A stretch of DNA of 62,570 nucleotides, counting the filler, from Aduncisulcus paluster (taxonomy: Eukaryota), in assembly GCA_024181965.1 (NCBI GenBank). It is 12 parts of 12 records of this genome, joined end to end, with 100 filler letters (N's around TTAATTAATTAA, not from the genome) between each part and the next. Parts side by side here need not be neighbours in the genome. Positions count along the whole stretch, not along the records: positions 54,380 to 62,570 come from BQXS01012406.1; 11 more parts are not named here. The stretch is one strand, 5' to 3'. Below, in pieces: positions 59,411-62,570 of the stretch. The notes beneath the pieces are model-generated. The model did not search any database and was not told the origin of the DNA. It was given only the letters and a program-made list of their open reading frames with translations. Every line of letters starts with the position of its first letter. Positions within the stretch are counted from its first letter, which is position 1. Made by a program: the position numbers and the translations under genes.

Positions 59411-60514
59411 TTATTTCCATGGAAGTAGAGATAATCGTTCAGCTGCAATGGTTTCCTCGGGTATAGTAAATACAAGGGAGGGGATGCAGAAATATCGATT
59501 ATTCTTCTCTTTCCACCTTCCTTTCCCTTCAATCTCACACAATACGATATTATCCAAATCAATAGGAAGGAAATGCCATGCATATAAATTATGAGGTTCT
59601 GTGAATTCATACTTCTTGCATGTCTTCTTACCATCACAATCAGTAAAAGTGAAGAGAAGAGAGGGAGAACTATCATCCTTATTCACACATATATAAGCAC
59701 CTTTCATTGGACTAGGTGATGGGAAAGGAATGGAAAGATGGGATAAGAATACTTTATCTTCCCCTTTCAACATTCCTTGTGCTCTTGAACTCTGATCATA
59801 ATACTTAGATTCCTTACTATACAAATCATTCTTGCACTTAACCATTGAGAATGAAGGGTCTACAAGCTTTGGATCATCTCGTGGAATGGGAATAGAATCT
59901 CTACCATCAGATGTCCAATCTCCTTCCTTAACAAACTCTGGTTTCACAACAGGAGCTTCAGACCATAGTTTCTCTCTGGCTTCACGAGATTTGATTTCTT
60001 CAGGGGTTTCTTCTCTACTAATGAAAACAAGAGAGTTGATTTTAAAACACTCTTTCCTTTTTCCTTTCCCTGTAATCTCACATAGAACAGCATCAGGGAG
60101 ATCAACAGGAAGGAAATACCAATGATCATCTTTAAATTCAGGGAATTCATATTTCTTCGACGTTTTATCACCCTTTGAAGATGTGAGAGTGAAGATAAGA
60201 TCTGATGGAGCTAAATTACCTCGATCCCACAGACAGATATAAGCCCCTTTCATTGGGGAAGATGAAGGGAAAGGAATGGAGATATGGGTATATTGTCCAT
60301 AATTACCCCCTCCTTTCATCATCCATTGTGCATAAGAACTCTGATCGTACCCATATTTACCTTCTTCCTTGGTTCCATTAATTGCTTTGATTGTTGGAAA
60401 CTCTGCACTCTTAATATTGGGGACATCTCTAGGAATTGGACAGCAATAATAATCCCCTTCATGAACAAACACAGGCTCCACAGTTTGAATAACCGCATCT
60501 GTGGATGAACTCAT
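59411..60514 (-). CDS. Hypothetical protein built from two ~170-aa internal repeats
   Basis: PIPRD..YDQSS.AQ.M.KG..H.SIPFPS.SPMKGAYIC..KKYEF.E..W.FLP.DL...VLCEI.GKG..SLVF occurs twice. Confidence 0.85.
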   Translation of the reverse strand: MSSSTDAVIQTVEPVFVHEGDYYCCPIPRDVPNIKSAEFPTIKAINGTKEEGKYGYDQSSYAQWMMKGGGNYGQYTHISIPFPSSSPMKGAYICLWDRGNLAPSDLIFTLTSSKGDKTSKKYEFPEFKDDHWYFLPVDLPDAVLCEITGKGKRKECFKINSLVFISREETPEEIKSREAREKLWSEAPVVKPEFVKEGDWTSDGRDSIPIPRDDPKLVDPSFSMVKCKNDLYSKESKYYDQSSRAQGMLKGEDKVFLSHLSIPFPSPSPMKGAYICVNKDDSSPSLLFTFTDCDGKKTCKKYEFTEPHNLYAWHFLPIDLDNIVLCEIEGKGRWKEKNNRYFCIPSLVFTIPEETIAAERLSLLPWK

Positions 60515-60777
60515 TTGAAATAGCGATAGAATATCTTATCTAAAAATAATAAAACCAAGCAGAATAATATTAGTATTTGTGAACAAACAGAATAATTGCG
60601 AATTTCAAGGAGAACATTCCGAGATACAAAGACAAAACGAACAAGAAAAGACCACACAGCACAATATAGTTAGTATAATTGAATGAATCCAATTGAAATA
60701 TTTCTTAATATACATTTAATAAAAGATGCGGCATATAGTAAACATATAATTTGCTTTTTTGCCAAGAAACCGAAAAA

Positions 60778-62570
60778 ATGGATATCTCAGGCTTTTGGGG
60801 GCTCTTCAGGACTGGATATAGTTCTATTTCACGTGTAAAGAATATTTATGAACGAGTTAAATGCTATTCAATAACATGGATATATTTCCATTTCATTTCT
60901 ATCCTTATCCTTGCCTTTCTGTTCATTTTCACTTGCTTTTGCTTACAAACAAAAATATCAAGAACTCGGAATACTATGGTATACATGTGTCTGTATACTG
61001 CTATGAATCTAATCCCCTGATGCTTCATGGAACACGACATTTCCTTCTCCTCCCCAACTCCAACTCCAACTCCAACGCTCCAATGCCAGATCCTGATCAT
61101 CCGATACATTTAATTCTGAGCTTTGTGCTATTTCACCCTAGATTGACAATGCGACAATCGTTGAAAGTGATATCGTACCTTTTGAATGATTCGAGTGAGA
61201 TTTGTGCCCTGTACCATGTTGCACGTTGTACTTCCCCCATTGCCATTGTCATCTCGAATACTACATTGTTACTCCAATCTTTTTTGTTGCCTCTGTCGCA
61301 TCACCCACAGATGAGGATGAAATTCCTATGGTCGTACCGAATGCAACATGACCTACCACATGCATGCTCTGGATCGTGATGAGAATTTTATCTGGCTTTA
61401 TTCGGGCCTAGCCTGTTCTGGGACGATAATGATGCAATGAAGTGGTATGGTATTAGATCTATGAAAAGAATCTTTTTTGGCGAAGAATATTTTTGGTTCT
61501 GGTTTACTAATTTTTATTTGTTTTATTTATATCTTAAATCGTCCACAATATAATGCTCTTTCCCAAGACAGCTACTTTCAAAGTAAGAACGAGTTATTCT
61601 GGGACTACTCGTAAGACTTCATGGAGATTGAACCAATATTTTTTGATCCATAACTCTCTGGTTTTGATTACATTAAAGATTGAACATGGTATTTTGAACC
61701 ATGAGAATAATGATAAACGTGTCTTTTATGAATCTTATTTATCATAAATCCATTGGGAAATGGGTTTTCCCATTGAATATATGTCAAAATATACCATTTC
61801 AATTGGATGACAATCCGAATATCGACATAAAACTTTTCACAATACCATTGGTGGTCTTGGTTGTCAAAAAAAACTCCAAAACGGTCGGTGAATATCCAAT
61901 TCTATTTCCGTCTTCTCGAAGTGAGAAGAAATTTCGTGATCTTCTGGATGTTAATTCACGTATATTTGAATTACATTGGTATGATCAATTCGTATATGAC
62001 TCATCCCGTGGCTCTTTTTCAATTGTTGCCTCCAAGATTTCTGGGAGTTCTGAAATTGTTGGTTCCTTCACTCGTCCTCTTTCACGTGACATGTATTTGA
62101 ACTGTATTGCCAGAGATAGAGATGTTTATTCAAAGTCTCACTTGTCTTCTCTCCCTTCCTTCTCGGTCATGCCTGCTTCTGCCTCTCATCGCAGTAATAG
62201 GGGTATGAACGACTCGGAGAGAAGTCTTGTCTGCTCTTTTATGATGAAAATAATGGGCCAAGAGAGAGATCCACCCCGTCCTTTCACAATATTCTTTGCG
62301 GGAGACACTGCATATGATACTCGTATGGTTGATGACTGGAAAGAAGTTCTGTACGCATCTCGATTTGTTCCTTCCTCTTCCTCTTCCTCTTCCTCTGTCC
62401 CTCGTCCACTTGGAGACATTCCTCTATCCCTCTCGAGTAGTCCTATGATAAGTGTCAGTGAGGTTGAGAGGTCTGATGAGGATGATTTGTTATCCGAGAA
62501 GAGAGGGACTCCAGGCCACTCTGATGCTTCTTCTGGCTCAGATCCTTCTTCTTCTCCTCTCCATTCTGTC
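60778..62570 (+). pseudogene. NAPE-PLD-like metallo-beta-lactamase-fold hydrolase; 5' half frameshifted, runs off the window
   Basis: Open frame from ~61810 to the end: RIFELHWYD, PASASHRSNRGMNDSERSLVCSF, TIFFAGDTAY. Upstream remnants YSITWI and LFTIPL. No clean HxHxDH found. Confidence 0.55.

Noticed and set aside
3522..62419. Most short overlapping or antisense ORFs in the track
   Set aside because: They overlap better-supported genes in other frames or strands and show no motifs.

Overview
This window is eukaryotic DNA, not prokaryotic. It is an AT-rich draft assembly in which about 12 contigs are joined by artificial N44-TTAATTAATTAA-N44 linkers. GTATGT...AG spliceosomal introns, a PPi-dependent phosphofructokinase and an ADP-forming acetyl-CoA synthetase point to an anaerobic protist, most plausibly a free-living fornicate/metamonad such as Aduncisulcus (inference). 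Host genes: an RRM protein, a midasin-like AAA+ protein, the Sec63 domain of an ASCC3/Brr2-type helicase, a histidine acid phosphatase, an ING-type PHD protein, a disrupted NEO1/ATP9 flippase, a Ser/Thr kinase, an EF-hand protein, TFIIIC tau95, a 7TM protein, a NAPE-PLD-like hydrolase and several hypothetical proteins. Two contigs (15.5-24.8 kb and 49.3-54.3 kb) are nests of mobile elements. The main finding is two frameshifted Fanzor1-like loci (eukaryotic TnpB-derived, RNA-guided RuvC nucleases) at about 16.2-17.8 kb and 20.6-22.1 kb. They share an N-terminal block, and the ORF track splits them into small pieces. Other notable items: an apparently intact ISL2EU/Harbinger-type transposase carrying a tRNA-headed, rod-folding SINE-like insert with a 13-bp TSD; chromodomain Ty3/gypsy elements, one with a 114-bp LTR; an ACS gene ending in an orphan splice donor (trans-splicing candidate); a GC-rich multi-hairpin island; and two nucleosome-sized tandem arrays whose copy number may be an assembly artefact. 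All family calls come from motif recognition by eye; no searches were run.
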